In this document: in pieces, positions 18,001 through 36,000 of the stretch
Layout of the letters: each line of letters opens with the position of its first letter
Numbering within the stretch: the stretch's first letter is position 1
Source of the DNA: Eledone cirrhosa
Taxonomy: Eukaryota
Direction: 5' to 3'
DNA: 64,000 nt
Assembly (NCBI GenBank): GCA_964016885.1
Contig: OZ024740.1
Span: 435,860,001-435,924,000, forward strand
The notes under the pieces: model-generated
Database searches by the model: none
What the model was told of the DNA's origin: nothing
The model's input: the letters and a program-made list of their open reading frames with translations, nothing else
Position numbers and translations under genes: made by a program

Positions 18001-21000
18001 GGTAATGTCTACACTACATACATGGTACCAGGGTAATGTCTACACTACATACATGGTAATGTCTACACTACATTAATGGTACCAGGGTAATGTCTACACT
18101 ACATACATGGTACCATGGTAATGTCTACACTACATACATGGTACCAGGGTAATGTCTACACTACACACATGGTACCAGGGTAATGTCTACACTACATACA
18201 TGGTAATGTCTACACTACATTAATGGTACCATGGTAATGTCTACACTACATACATGGTACCATGGTAATGTCTACACTACATACATGGTACCAGGGTAAT
18301 GTCTACACTACACACATGGTACCAGGGTAGTGTCTACACTACATTAATGGTACCAGGGTAGTGTCTACACTACATACATGGTACCAGGGTAGTGTCTACA
18401 CTACATTAATGGTACCAGGGTAGTGTCTACACTACATATATGGTACCAGGGTAATGTCTACACTACATACATGGTACTAGGGTAATGTCTACACTACATT
18501 AATGGTACCAGGGTAGTGTCTACACTACATACATGGTACCAGGGTAATGTCTACACTACATTAATGGTACCTGGGTAATGTCTACACTACATTAATGGTA
18601 CCAGGGTAATGTCTACACTACATTAATGGTATCAGGGTAATATCTACACTACATACATGGTACCAGGGTAATGTCTACACTACATACATGGTACCAGGGT
18701 AGTGTCTACACTACATACATGGTACCATAGTAATGTCTACACTACATACGTGGTGCCAGGGTAATGTCTACACTACATACATGGTAATGTCTACACTACA
18801 TTAATGGTACCATGGTAATGTCTACACTACATACATGGTACCAGGGTAGTGTCTACACCACATACATGGTACCATGGTAATGTCTACACTACATACATGG
18901 TACCAGGGTAATGTCTACACTACATAGATGGTAATGTCTACACTACATTAATGGTACCAGGGTAGTGTCTACACTACATACATGGTACCATGGTAATGTC
19001 TACACTACATACATGGTACCAGGGTAGTGTCTACACTACATACATGGTAATGTCTACACTACATTAATGGTACCAGGGTAATGTCTCCACTACATACATG
19101 GTAGCAGGGTAATGTCTACACTACATACATTGTACCAGGGTAGTGTCTACACTACATACATGGTACCAGGGTAGTGTCTACACTACATACATGGTACCAG
19201 GGTAGTGTCTACACTACATTAATGGTACCAGGGTTGTGTCTACACTACATACATGGTACCAGGGTAGTGTCTACACTACATACATGGTACCAGGGTAATG
19301 TCTACACTACATACATGGTACCAGGGTAGTGTCTACACTACATTAATGGTACCAGGGTAGTGTCTACACTACATACATGGTACCAGGGTAGTGTCTACAC
19401 TACATTAATGGTACCTGGGTAGTGTCTACACTACATATATGGTACCAGGGTAATGTCTACACTACATACATGGTACTAGGGTAATGTCTACACTACATTA
19501 ATGGTACCAGGGTAATGTCTACACTGCATACATGGTACCAGGGTAATGTCTACACTACATTAATGGTACCAGCGTAATGTCTACACTACATACATGGTAC
19601 CAGGGTAATGTCTACACTACATACATGGTACCAGGGTAATGTCTACACTACATTAATGGTACCAGGGTAGTGTCTACACTACATACATGGTACCAGGGTA
19701 ATGTCTACACTACATTAATGGTCCCTGGGTAATGTCTACACTACATTAATGGTACCAGGGTAATGTCTACACTACATTAATGGTATCAAGGTAATATCTA
19801 CACTACATACATGGTACCAGGGTAATGTCTACACTACATACATGGTACCAGAGTAATATCTACACTACATACATGGTACCAGGGTAGCGTCTACACTACA
19901 TACATGGTACCAGAGTAATATCTAGACTACATTAATGGTACCAGGGTAGTGTCTACACTACATACATGGTACCAGGGTAGTGTCTACACTACATACATGG
20001 TACCAGGGTAGTGTCTACACTACATACCTGGTACCAGGGTACTGTCTACACTACATACATGGTACCATGGTAATGTCTACACTACATACATGGTACCAGG
20101 GTAATATCTAGACTACATTAATGGTTCCAGAGTAGTGTCTACACTACATACATGGTACAAGGCTAGTGTCTACACTACATACATGGTACCAGGGTAATGT
20201 CTACACTACATTAATGGTACCAGGGTAATGTCTACACTACATACATGGTACCATGGTAATATCTACACTACATACATGGTAATGTCTACACTACATTAAT
20301 GGTACCATGGTAATGTCTACACTACATACATGGTACCATGGTAATGTCTACACTACATACATGGTACCAGGGTAATGTCTACACTACATACATGGTACCA
20401 GGGTAATGTCTACACTACATACATGGTAATGTCTACACTACATTAATGGTACCATGGTAATGTCTACACTACATACATGGTACCATGGTAATGTCTACAC
20501 TACATACATGGTACCAGGGTAATGTCTACACTACATACATGGTAATGTCTACACTACATTAATGGTACCAGGGTAATGTCTACACTACATACATGGTACC
20601 AGGGTAGTGTCTACACTATAATAATGGTACCAGGGTAGTATCTACGCTATATACATGGTACCAGGGTAATGTCTACACTACATTAATGGTACCAGGGTAA
20701 TGTCTACACTACATACATGGTACCAGGGTAATGTTTACACTACTTTAATGGTACCATGGTAATGTCTACACTACATACATGGTACCAGGGTAATGTCTAC
20801 ACTACATACATGGTACCAGGGTAATGTCTACACTACATACATGGTAATGTCTACACTACATTAATGGTACCAGGGTAGTGTCTACACTACATACATGGTA
20901 CCATGGTAATGTCTACACTAAATACATGGTACCAGGGTAGTGTCAACACTACATACATGGTAATGTCTACACTACATTAATGGTACCAGGGTAATGTCTC

Positions 21001-24000
21001 CACTACATACATGGTACCAGGGTAATGTCTAGACTACATACATTGTACCAGGGTAGTGTCTACACTACATACATGGTACCAGGGTAATGTCTACACTACA
21101 TACATGGTACCAGGGTAGTGTCTACACTACATTAATGGTACCAGGGTAGTGTCTACACTACATACATGGTACCAGGGTAGTATCTACACTACATTAATGG
21201 TACCAGGGTAATGTCTACACTACATACATGGTACCAGGGTAGTGTCTACACTACATTAATGGTACCAGGGTAGTGTCTACACTACATACATGGTACCAGG
21301 GTAGTGTCTACACTACATTAATGGTACCAGGGTAATGTCTACACTACATACATGGTACCAGGGTAGTGTCTACACTACATACATGGTACTAGGGTAATGT
21401 CTACACTACATACATGGTACCAGGGTAATGTCTACACTACATACATGGTACCAGGGTAATGTCTACACTTCATTAATGGTACTAGGGTAATGTCTACACT
21501 ACATACATGGTACCAGGGTAATGTCTACACTACATACATGGTACCAGGTTAATGTCTACACTACATACATGGTACCAGGGTAGTGTCTACACTACATACA
21601 TGGTACCAGGGTAATGTCTACACTACATTAATAGTACCAGGGTAATGTCTACACTACATACATGGTACTAGGGTAATGTCTACACTACATTAATGGTACC
21701 AGGGTAGTGTCTACACTACATACATGGTACCAGGGTGATGTCTACACTACATTAATGGTACCTGGGTAATGTCTACACTACATTAATGGTATCAGGGTAA
21801 TGTCTACACTACATACATGGTACCAGGGTAATGTCTACACTACATACATGGTACCAGGGTAGTGTCTACACTACATACATGGTACCAGAGTAATGTCTAC
21901 ACTACATACATGGTACCAGGGTAATGTCTACACTACATACATGGAACCAGGGTACTGTCTACACTACATACATCGTACCATGGTAATGTCTACACTACAT
22001 TAATGGTACCAGGGTAGTGTCTACACTACATACATGGTACCAGGGTAGTGTCTACACTACATACATGGTACCAGGGTACTGTCTACACTACATACATGGT
22101 ACCAGGGTACTGTCTACACTACATACATGGTACCATGGTAATGTCTACACTACATACATGGTACCAGGGTAATATCTAGACTACATTAATGTACCAGGGT
22201 ACTGTCTACACTACATACATGGTACCAGGGTAGTGTCTACACTACATACATGGTACCAGGGTACTGTCTACACTATATACATGGTACCAGGGTAGTGTCT
22301 ACACTAGATACATGGTACCAGGGTACTGTCTACACTACATACATGGTACCAGGGTAGTGTCTACACTACATTCATGGCACCAGGGTACTGTCTACACTAC
22401 ATACATGGTACCAGGGTACTGTCTACACTACATACATGGTACCATGGTAATGTCTACACTACATACATGGTACCAGGGTAGTGTCTACACTACATACATG
22501 GTACTAGGGTAGTGTCTACACTACATTAATGGTACCTGGGTAATGTCTACAGTACATTAATGGTACCTGGGTAATGTCTCCACTACATACATGGTACCAT
22601 GGTAATATCTACACTACATACATGGTAATGTCTACACTACATTAATGGTACCATAGTAATGTCTACACTACATACATGGTACCATGGTAATGTCTACACT
22701 ACACACATGGTACCAGGGTAATGTCTACACTACATACATGGTACGAGGGTAATGTCTACACTACATACACGGTAATGTCTACACTACATTAATGGTACCA
22801 TGGTAATGTCTACACTACATACATGGTACCATGGTAATGTCTACACTACATACATGGTACCATGGTAATGTCTACACTACATACATGGTACCAGGGTAAT
22901 GTCTACACTACATACATGGTAATGTCTACACTACATTAATGGTACCAGGGTAATGTCTACACTACATACATGGTACCAGGGTAGTGTCTACACTACGTAC
23001 ATGGTACCATGGTAATGTCTACACTACATACATGGTACCAGGGTAATGTCTACACTATATACATGGTAATGTCTACACTACATTAATGGTACCATGGTAA
23101 TGTCTACACTACATACATGGTACCAGGGTAGTGTCTACACCACATACATGGTACCATGGTAATGTCTACACTACATACATGGTACCAGGGTAATGTCTAC
23201 ACTACATACATGGTAATGTCTACACTACATTAATGGTACCAGGGTAGTGTCTACACTACATACATGGTACCATGGTAATGTCTACACTACATACATGGTA
23301 CCAGGGTAGTGTCTACACTACATACATGGTACCAGGGTAATGTCTCCACTACATACATGGTACCTGGGTAATGTCTACACTACATACATGGTACCATGGT
23401 AGTGTCTACACTACAATAATGGTACCAGGGTAGTGTCTACGCTATATACATGGTACCAGGGTAATGTCTACACTACATTAATGGTACCAGGGTAATATCT
23501 ACACTACATAGATGGTACCAGGGTCGTGTCTACACTACATTAATGGTACCAGGGTAATGTCTACACTACATACATGGTACCAGGGTAGTTTCTACACTAC
23601 ATACATGGTACCAGGGTAGTGTCTACACTACATACATGGTACCAGGGTAGTGTCTACACTACATACATGGTACCAGGGTAATGTCTACACTACATACAAG
23701 GTACCAGGGTAATGTCTACACTACATACATGGTACCAGGGTAATGTCTACACTACATACAAGATACCAGGGTATTGTCTACACTACATACATCGTACCAG
23801 GGTAACGTCTACACTACATACATGGTACCAGGGTAGTGTCTAAACTACATACGTGGTACCAGGGTAGTGTCTAAACTACATACGTGGTACCAGGGTAGTG
23901 TCTACACTGCATACATGGTACCAGGGTAATGTCTACACTACATACATGGTACCAGGGTAATGTCCACACTACATACATGGTACCAGGGTAATGTCTACAC

Positions 24001-27000
24001 TACATACATGGTACCAGGGTAATGTCTCCACTACATACAAGGTACCAGGGTAATGTCTACACTACATACATGGTACCAGGGCAATGTCTACACTACATAC
24101 ATGGTACCAGGGTAATGTCTCCACTACATACAAGGTACCAGGGTAATGTCTACATTACATTACTGGTACCAGGGTAATGTCTACACTACATTAATGGTCC
24201 CAGGGTAATGTCTACACTACATACATGGTACCAGGGTAGTTACTGCTCTACATACATGGTACCAGGGTAATGTCTACACTACATTAATGGTACCAGGGTA
24301 ATGTCTACACTACATACATGGTACCAGGGTAATGTCTCCACTACATACAAGGTACCAGGGTAATGTCTACACTACATTACTGGTACCAGGGTAATGTCTA
24401 GACTACATACATGGTACTAGGGTAGTGTCTACACTACATACATGGTACCAGGGTAATGTCTACACTACATACCTGGTACCAGGGTAATGTCTACAGTACA
24501 TACATGGTACCAGGGTAGTGCCTAAACTACATTAATGGTACCAGGGTAATGCCTACACTACATACATGGTACCAGGGTAGTGTCTACACTACATACATGG
24601 TACCAGGGTAATGTCTACACTACATTAATGGTATCAGGGTAATGTCTACACTACATACATGGTACCAGGGTAGTGTCTACACTACATACATGGTACCAGG
24701 GTAGTGCCTAAACTACATTAATGGTACCAGGGTAATGTCTACACTACATACATGGTACCAGGGTAGTGCTACACTACATTAATGGTACACGGGTAGTGTC
24801 TACACTACATACATGGTACCAGGGTAGTGTCTACACTACATAATGATACAAGGTTAATGTCTACACTACATACATGGTACCAGGGTAGTGTCTACTCTAC
24901 ATTAATGGTACCAGGGTAGTGTCTACACTACATACATGGTACCAGGGTAGTGTGTACACTACTTATGATACAAGGTTAATGTCTACACTACATACATGGT
25001 ACCAGGGTAGTGTCTACACTACATACATGGTACCAGGGTAATGTCTACACTACATACATGGTACCAGGGTAGTGTCTACACTACATACATGGTACCAGGG
25101 TAATGTCTACACTACATACATGGTACCAGGGTAGTGTCTACACTACATACATGGTACCAGGGTAGTGTCTACACTACATACATGGTACCAGGGTAGTGTC
25201 TACACTACATTAATGGTACCAGGGTAGTGTCTACACTACATTAATGGTACCAGGGTAATGTCTACACTACATACATGGTACCAGGGTAATGTCTACACTA
25301 CATACATGGTACCAGGGTAGTGTCTACACTACATACATGGTACCAGGGTAATGTCTACACTACATTAATGGTACCAGGGTAATGTCTACACTACATACAT
25401 GGTACCAGGGTAATGTCTACACTACATACATGGTACCAGGGTAATGTCTACACTACATTAATGGTACCAGGGTAATGTCTACACTACATACATGGTACCA
25501 GGGTAGTGTCTACACTACATACATGGTACCAGGGTAGTGTCTACACTACATTAATGGTACCGGGGTAATGTCTACACTACATACATGGTACCAGGGTAGT
25601 GTCTACACTACATACATGGTACCAGGGTAGAGTCTACACTACATTAATGGTACCGGGGTAATGTCTACACTACATCAATGGTACCATGGTAATGTCTACA
25701 CTACATACATGGTACCAGGGTAATGTCTACACTACATACATGGTACCAGGGTTGTGTCTACAGTACATACATGGTACCAGGGTAATGTCTACACTACATA
25801 CATGCTACCAGGGTAGTGTCCACACTACATACATGGTACCAGGGTAGTGTCTACACTACATACATGGTACCAGGGTACTGTCTACACTATATACATGGTA
25901 CCAGGGTAGTGTCTACACTACATACATGGTACCAGGGTACTGTCTACACTACATACATGGTACCAGGGTAGTGTCTACACTACATTCATGGCACCAGGGT
26001 ACTGTCTACACTACATACATGGTACCAGGGTACTGTCTACACTACATACATGGTACCATGGTAATGTCTACACTACATACATGGTACCAGGGTAGTGTCT
26101 ACACTACATACATGGTACTAGGGTAGTGTCTACACTACATTAATGGTACCTGGGTAATGTCTACAGTACATTAATGGTACCTGGGTAATGTCTCCACTAC
26201 ATACATGGTACCATGGTAATATCTACACTACATACATGGTAATGTCTACACTACATTAATGGTACCATAGTAATGTCTACACTACATACATGGTACCATG
26301 GTAATGTCTACACTACACACATGGTACCAGGGTAATGTCTACACTACATACATGGTACGAGGGTAATGTCTACACTACATACACGGTAATGTCTACACTA
26401 CATTAATGGTACCATGGTAATGTCTACACTACATACATGGTACCATGGTAATGTCTACACTACATACATGGTACCAGGGTAATGTCTACACTACATACAT
26501 GGTAATGTCTACACTACATTAATGGTACCAGGGTAATGTCTACACTACATACATGGTACCAGGGTAGTGTCTACACTACGTACATGGTACCATGGTAATG
26601 TCTACACTACATACATGGTACCATGGTAATGTCTACACTACATACATGGTACCAGGGTAGTGTCTACACTACATACATGGTAATGTCTACACTACATTAA
26701 TGGTACCAGGGTAATGTCTCCACTACATACATGGTACCAGGGTAGTGTCTACACTACATACATGGTACCATGGTAGTGTCTACACTACAATAATGGTACC
26801 AGGGTAGTGTCTACGCTATATACATGGTACCAGGGTAATGTCTACACTACATTAATGGTACCAGGGTAATGTCTCCACTACATACATGGTACCTGGGTAA
26901 TGTCTACACTACATACATGGTACCATGGTAATGTCTACACTACATACATGGTACCAGGGTAGTGTCTACACTACATACATGGTAATGTCTACACTACATT

Positions 27001-30000
27001 AATGGTACCAGGGTAATGTCTCCACTACATACATGGTACCAGGGTAGTGTCTACACTACATACATGGTACCATGGTAGTGTCTACACTACAATAATGGTA
27101 CCAGGGTAGTGTCTACGCTATATACATGGTACCAGGGTAATGTCTACACTACATTAATGGTACCAGGGTAATGTCTCCACTACATACATGGTACCTGGGT
27201 AATGTCTACACTACATACATGGTACCAGGGTAATGTCTACACTACATTAATGGTACCAGGGTCGTGTCTACACTACATTAATGGTACCAGGGTAATATCT
27301 ACACTACATAGATGGTACCAGGGTCGTGTCTACACTACATTAATGGTACCAGGGTAATGTCTACACTACATACATGGTACCAGGGTAGTTTCTACACTAC
27401 ATACATGGTACCAGGGTAGTGTCTACACTACATACATGGTACCAGGGTAGTGTCTACACTGCATACATGGTACCAGGGTAATGTCTACACTACATACATG
27501 GTACCAGGGTAATGTCCACACTACATACATGGTACCAGGGTAATGTCTACACTACATACATGGTTCCAGGGTAATGTCTACACTACATACATGGTACCAG
27601 GGTAATGTCTCCACTACATACAAGGTACCAGGGTAATGTCTACACTACATACATGGTACCAGGGCAATGTCTACACTACATACATGGTACCAGGGTAATG
27701 TCTACATTACATTACTGGTACCAGGGTAATGTCTACACTACATACATGGTACCAGTGTAGTTACTGCTCTACATACATGGTACCAGGGTAATGTCTACAC
27801 TACATTAATGGTACCAGGGTAATGTCTACACTACATACATGGTACCAGGGTAATGTCTCCACTACATACAAGGTACCAGGGTAATGTCTACACTACATTA
27901 CTGGTACCAGGGTAATGTCTAGACTACATACATGGTACCAGGGTAGTGTCTACAGTACATACATGGTACCAGGGTAGTGCCTAAACTACATTAATGGTAC
28001 CAGGGTAATGCCTACACTACATACATGGTACCAGGGTAGTGTCTACACTACATACATGGTACCAGGGTAATGTCTAGACTACATACATGGTACTAGGGTA
28101 GTGTCTACACTACATACATGGTACCAGGGTAATGTCTACACTACATTAATGGTATCAGGGTAATGTCTACACTACATACATGGTACCAGGGTAGTGTCTA
28201 CACTACATACATGGTACCAGGGTAGTGCTACACTACATTAATGGTACACGGGTAGTGTCTACACTACATACATGGTACCAGGGTAGTGTCTACACTACAT
28301 AATGATACAAGGTTAATGTCTACACTACATACATGGTACCAGGGTAGTGTCTACTCTACATTAATGGTACCAGGGTAGTGTCTACACTACATACATGGTA
28401 CCAGGGTAGTGTGTACACTACTTATGATACAAGGTTAATGTCTACACTACATACATGGTACCAGGGTAGTGTCTACACTACATACATGGTACCAGGGTAA
28501 TGTCTACACTACATACATGGTACCAGGGTAGTGTCTACACTACATACATGGTACCAGGGTAATGTCTACACTACATACATGGTACCAGGGTAGTGTCTAC
28601 ACTACATACATGGTACCAGGGTAGTGTCTACACTACATACATGGTACCAGGGTAGTGTCTACACTACATTAATGGTACCAGGGTAGTGTCTACACTACAT
28701 TAATGGTACCAGGGTAATGTCTACACTACATACATGGTACCAGGGTAATGTCTACACTACATACATGGTACCAGGGTAGTGTCTACACTACATACATGGT
28801 ACCAGGGTAATGTCTACACTACATTAATGGTTCCAGGGTAATGTCTACACTACATACATGGTACCAGGGTAATGTCTACACTACATTAATGGTACCAGGG
28901 TAATGTCTACACTACATTAATGGTACCAGGGTAATGTCTACACTACATACATGGTACCAGGGTAGTGTCTACACTACATACATGGTACCAGGGTAGTGTC
29001 TACACTACATTAATGGTACCGGGGTAATGTCTACACTACATACATGGTACCAGGGTAGTGTCTACACTACATACATGGTACCAGGGTAGAGTCTACACTA
29101 CATTAATGGTACCGGGGTAATGTCTACACTACATCAATGGTACCAGGGTAATGTCTCCACTACATACATGGTACCAGGGTAATGTCTACACTACATACAT
29201 GGTACCAGGGTTGTGTCTACAGTACATACATGGTACCAGGGTAATGTCTACACTACATACATGCTACCAGGGTAGTGTCCACACTACATACATGGTACCA
29301 GGGTAGTGTCTACACTACATACATGCTACCAGGGTAGTGTCCACACTACATACATGGTACCAGGGTAGTGTCTACACTACATACATGCTACCAGGGTAGT
29401 GTCTACACTACATACATGGTACCAGGGTAATGTCTACACTACATTAATGGTACCAGGATAATTTCTACACTACATACATGGTACCAGGGTAATGTCTACA
29501 CTACATACATGGTACCAGGGTAATGTCTACACTACATACATGGTACCAGGGTAGTGGCTACACTACATACATGTTACCAGTGTAGTGGCTACACTACATT
29601 AATGGTACCAGGGTAATGTCTACACTACATACATGGTACCAGGGTAGTGTCTACACTACATACATGGTACCAGGGTAATGTCTACACTACATTAATGGTA
29701 CCAGGGTAATGTCTACATTACATACATGGTACCAGGGTAGTGTCTACACTACATACATGGTACCAGGGTAATGTCTACACTAGATTAATGGTACCAGGGT
29801 AATGTCTACACTAGATTAATGGTACCAGGATAGTGTCTACACTACATACATGGTACCAGGGTAGTGTCTACACTACATACATGGTACCAGGGTAGTGTCT
29901 ACACTACATTAATGGTACCAGGGAAATGTCTACACTACACACATTGTACCAGGGTAATGTCTACACTACATACATGGTACCAGGGTAGTGTCTACACTAC

Positions 30001-33000
30001 ATAAATGGTACCAGGGTAGTGTCTACACTACATACATGGTATCAGGGTAATGTCTACACTACATACATGGTACCAGGGTAATGTCTACACTAGATTAATG
30101 GTACCAGGGTAATGTCTACACTAGATTAATGGTACCAGGGTAATGTCTACACTAGATTAATGGTACCAGGGTAATGTCTACACTAGATTAATGGTACCAG
30201 GATAGTGTCTACACTACATACATGGTACCAGGGTAGTGTCTACACTACATACATTGTACCAGGGTAGTGTCTACACTACATTAATGGTACCAGGGAAATG
30301 TCTACACTACACACATTGTACCAGGGTAATGTCTACACTACATACATGGTACCATGGTAATGTCTACACTACATACATGGTACCAGGGTAATATCTAGAC
30401 TACATTAATGTACCAGGGTACTGTCTACACTACATTACTGGTACCAGGGTAATGTCTACACTACATTAATGGTACCAGGGTAATGTCTACACTACATTAA
30501 TGGTCCCAGGGTAATGTCTACACTACATACATGGTACCAGGGTAGTTTCTGCTCTACATACATGGTACCAGGGTAATGTCTACACTACATTAATGGTACC
30601 AGGGTAATGTCTACACTACATTAATGGTACCAGGGTAATGTCTACACTACATACATGGTACCAGGGTAGTGTCTACACTACATACATGGTACCAGGGTAA
30701 TGTCTACACTACATTAATGGTACCAGGGTAATGTCTACACTACATACATGGTACCAGGGTAGTGTCTACACTACATACATGGTACCAGGGTAATGTCTAC
30801 ACTACATTAATGGTACCAGGGTAATGTCTACACTACATACATGGTACCAGGGTAGTGTCTACACTACATACATGGTACCAGGGTAATGTCTACACTAGAT
30901 TAATGGTACCAGGGTAATGTCTACACTAGATTAATGGTACCAGGATAGTGTCTACACTACATACATGGTACCAGGGTAGTGTCTACACTACATACATGGT
31001 ACCAGGGTAGTGTCTACACTACATTAATGGTACCAGGGAAATGTCTACACTACACACATTGTACCAGGGTAATGTCTACACTACATACATGGTACCAGGG
31101 TAGTGTCTACACTACATAAATGGTACCAGGGTAGTGTCTACACTACATACATGGTACCAGGGTAATGTCTACACTAGATTAATGGTACCAGGGTAATGTC
31201 TACACTAGATTAATGGTACCAGGGTAATGTCTACACTAGATTAATGGTACCAGGGTAATGTCTACACTAGATTAATGGTACCAGGATAGTGTCTACACTA
31301 CATACATGGTACCAGGGTACTGTCTACACTACATACATGGTACCAGGGTACTGTCTACACTACATACATGGTACCATGGTAATGTCTACACTACATACAT
31401 GGTACCAGGGTAATATCTAGACTACATTAATGTACCAGGGTACTGTCTACACTACATACATGGTACCAGGGTAGTGTCTACACTACATACATGGTACCAG
31501 GGTACTGTCTACACTATATACATGGTACCAGGGTAGTGTCTACACTACATACATGGTACCAGGGTACTGTCTACACTACATACATGGTACCAGGGTAGTG
31601 TCTACACTACATACATGGCACCAGGGTACTGTCTACACTACATACATGGTACCAGGGTACTGTCTACACTACATACATGGTACCATGGTAATGTCTACAC
31701 TACATACATGGTACCAGGGTAGTGTCTACACTACATACATGGTACTAGGGTAGTGTCTACACTACATTAATGGTACCTGGGTAATGTCTACAGTACATTA
31801 ATGGTACCATGGTAATATCTACACTACATACATGGTAATGTCTACACTACATTAATGGTACCATAGTAATGTCTACACTACATACATGGTACCATGGTAA
31901 TGTCTACACTACACACATGGTACCAGGGTAATGTCTACACTACATACATGGTACCAGGGTAATGTCTACACTACATACACGGTAATGTCTACACTACATT
32001 AATGGTACCATGGTAATGTCTACACTACATACATGGTACCATGGTAATGTCTACACTACATACATGGTACCATGGTAATGTCTACACTACATACATGGTA
32101 CCAGGGTAATGTCTACACTACATACATGGTAATGTCTACACTACATTAATGGTACCATGGTAATGTCTACACTACATACATGGTACCAGGGTAGTGTCTA
32201 CACTACGTACATGGTACCATGGTAATGTCTACACTACATACATGGTACCAGGGTAATGTCTACACTATATACATGGTAATGTCTACACTACATTAATGGT
32301 ACCATGGTAATGTCTACACTACATACATGGTACCAGGGTAGTGTCTACACCACATACATGGTACCATGGTAATGTCTACACTACATACATGGTACCAGGG
32401 TAATGTCTACACTACATACATGGTAATGTCTACACTACATTAATGGTACCAGGGTAGTGTCTACACTACATACATGGTACCATGGTAATGTCTACACTAC
32501 ATACATGGTACCAGGGTAGTGTCTACACTACATACATGGTAATGTCTACACTACATTAATGGTACCAGGGTAATGTCTCCACTAAATACATGGTACCAGG
32601 GTAATGTCTCCACTACATACATGGTACCTGGGTAATGTCTACACTACATACATGGTACCAGGGTAGTGTCTACACTACAATAATGGTACCAGGGTAGTGT
32701 CTACGCTATATACATGGTACCAGGGTAATGTCTACACTACATTAATGGTACCAGGGTCGTGTCTACACTACATTAATGGTACCAGGGTAATATCTACACT
32801 ACATAGATGGTACCAGGGTCGTGTCTACACTACATTAATGGTACCAGGGTAATGTCTACACTACATACATGGTACCAGGGTAGTTTCTACACTACATACA
32901 TGGTACCAGGGTAGTGTCTACACTACATTAATGGTACCAGGGTAGTGTCTACACTACATTAATGGTACCAGGGTAATGTCCACACTACATACATGGTACC

Positions 33001-36000
33001 AGGGTAGTGTCTACACTACATACATGCTACCAGGGTAGTGTCTACACTACATACATGGTACCAGGGTAATGTCTACACTACATTAATGGTACCAGGATAA
33101 TTTCTACACTACATACATGGTACCAGGGTAATGTCTACACTACATACATGGTACCAGGGTAATGTCTACACTACATACATGGTACCAGGGTAGTGGCTAC
33201 ACTACATACATGTTACCAGTGTAGTGGCTACACTACATTAATGGTACCAGGGTAATGTCTACACTACATACATGGTACCAGGGTAGTGTCTACACTACAT
33301 ACATGGTACCAGGGTAATGTCTACACTACATTAATGGTACCAGGGTAATGTCTACACTACATACATGGTACCAGGGTAGTGTCTACACTACATACATGGT
33401 ACCAGGGTAATGTCTACACTAGATTAATGGTACCAGGGTAATGTCTACACTAGATTAATGGTACCAGGATAGTGTCTACACTACATACATGGTACCAGGG
33501 TAGTGTCTACACTACATACATGGTACCAGGGTAGTGTCTACACTACATTAATGGTACCAGGGAAATGTCTACACTACACACATTGTACCAGGGTAATGTC
33601 TACACTACATACATGGTACCAGGGTAGTGTCTACACTACATAAATGGTACCAGGGTAGTGTCTACACTACATACATGGTACCAGGGTAATGTCTACACTA
33701 GATTAATGGTACCAGGGTAATGTCTACACTAGATTAATGGTACCAGGGTAATGTCTACACTAGATTAATGGTACCAGGGTAACGTCTACACTAGATTAAT
33801 GGTACCAGGATAGTGTCTACACTACATACATGGTACCAGGGTACTGTCTACACTACATACATGGTACCAGGGTACTGTCTACACTACATACATGGTACCA
33901 TGGTAATGTCTACACTACATACATGGTACCAGGGTAATATCTAGACTACATTAATGTACCAGGGTACTGTCTACACTACATACATGGTACCAGGGTAGTG
34001 TCTACACTACATACATGGTACCAGGGTACTGTCTACACTATATACATGGTACCAGGGTAGTGTCTACACTACATACATGGTACCAGGGTACTGTCTACAC
34101 TACATACATGGTACCAGGGTAGTGTCTACACTACATACATGGCACCAGGGTACTGTCTACACTACATACATGGTACCAGGGTACTGTCTACACTACATAC
34201 ATGGTACCAGGGTAGTGTCTACACTACATACATGGTACCAGGGTACTGTCTACACTACATACATGGTACCAGGGTAGTGTCTACACTACATACATGGCAC
34301 CAGGGTACTGTCTACACTACATACATGGTACCATGGTAATGTCTACACTACATACATGGTACCAGGGTAGTGTCTACACTACATACATGGTACTAGGGTA
34401 GTGTGTACACTACATTAATGGTACCTGGGTAATGTCTACAGTACATTAATGGTACCTGGGTAATGTCTCCACTACATACATGGTACCATGGTAATATCTA
34501 CACTACATACATGGTAATGTCTACACTACATTAATGGTACCATAGTAATGTCTACACTACATACATGGTACCAGGGTAATGTCTACACTACATACATGGT
34601 ACCAGGGTAATGTCTACACTACATACACGGTAATGTCTACACTACATTAATGGTACCATGGTAATGTCTACACTACATACATGGTACCATGGTAATGTCT
34701 ACACTACATACATGGTACCATGGTAATGTCTACACTACATACATGGTACCAGGGTAATGTCTACACTACATACATGGTAATGTCTACACTACATTAATGG
34801 TACCATGGTAATGTCTACACTACATACATGGTACCAGGGTAGTGTCTACACTACGTACATGGTACCATGGTAATGTCTACACTACATACATGGTACCAGG
34901 GTAATGTCTACACTATATACATGGTAATGTCTACACTACATTAATGGTACCATGGTAATGTCTACACTACATACATGGTACCAGGGTAGTGTCTACACCA
35001 CATACATGGTACCATGGTAATGTCTACACTACATACATGGTACCAGGGTAATGTCTACACTACATACATGGTAATGTCTACACTACATTAATGGTACCAG
35101 GGTAGTGTCTACACTACATACATGGTACCATGGTAATGTCTACACTACATACATGGTACCAGGGTAGTGTCTACACTACATACATGGTACCAGGGTAATG
35201 TCTACACTATATACATGGTAATGTCTACACTACATTAATGGTACCAGGGTAATGTCTCCACTACATACATGGTACCTGGGTAATGTCTACACTACATACA
35301 TGGTACCAGGGTAGTGTCTACACTACAATAATGGTACCAGGGTAGTGTCTACGCTATATACATGGTACCAGGGTAATGTCTACACTACATTAATGGTACC
35401 AGGGTCGTGTCTACACTACATTAATGGTACCAGGGTAATATCTACACTACATAGATGGTACCAGGGTCGTGTCTACACTACATTAATGGTACCAGGGTAA
35501 TGTCTACACTACATACATGGTACCAGGGTAGTTTCTACACTACATACATGGTACCAGGGTAGTGTCTACACTACATACATGGTACCAGGGTAATGTCTAC
35601 ACTACATACATGGTACCAGGGTGGTGTCTACACTACATACATGGTACCAGGGTAATGTCTACACTACATACAAGATACCAGGGTATTGTCTACACTACAT
35701 ACATCGTACCAGGGTAACGTCTACACTACATACATGGTACCAGGGTAGTGTCTAAACTACATACGTGGTACCAGGGTAGTGTCTACACTGCATACATGGT
35801 ACCAGGGTAATGTCTACACTACATACATGGTACCAGGGTAATGTCCACACTACATACATGGTACCAGGGTAATGTCTACACTACATACATGGTTCCAGGG
35901 TAATGTCTACACTACATACATGGTACCAGGGTAATGTCTACACTACATACAAGGTACCAGGGTAATGTCTACACTACATACATGGTACCAGGGTGGTGTC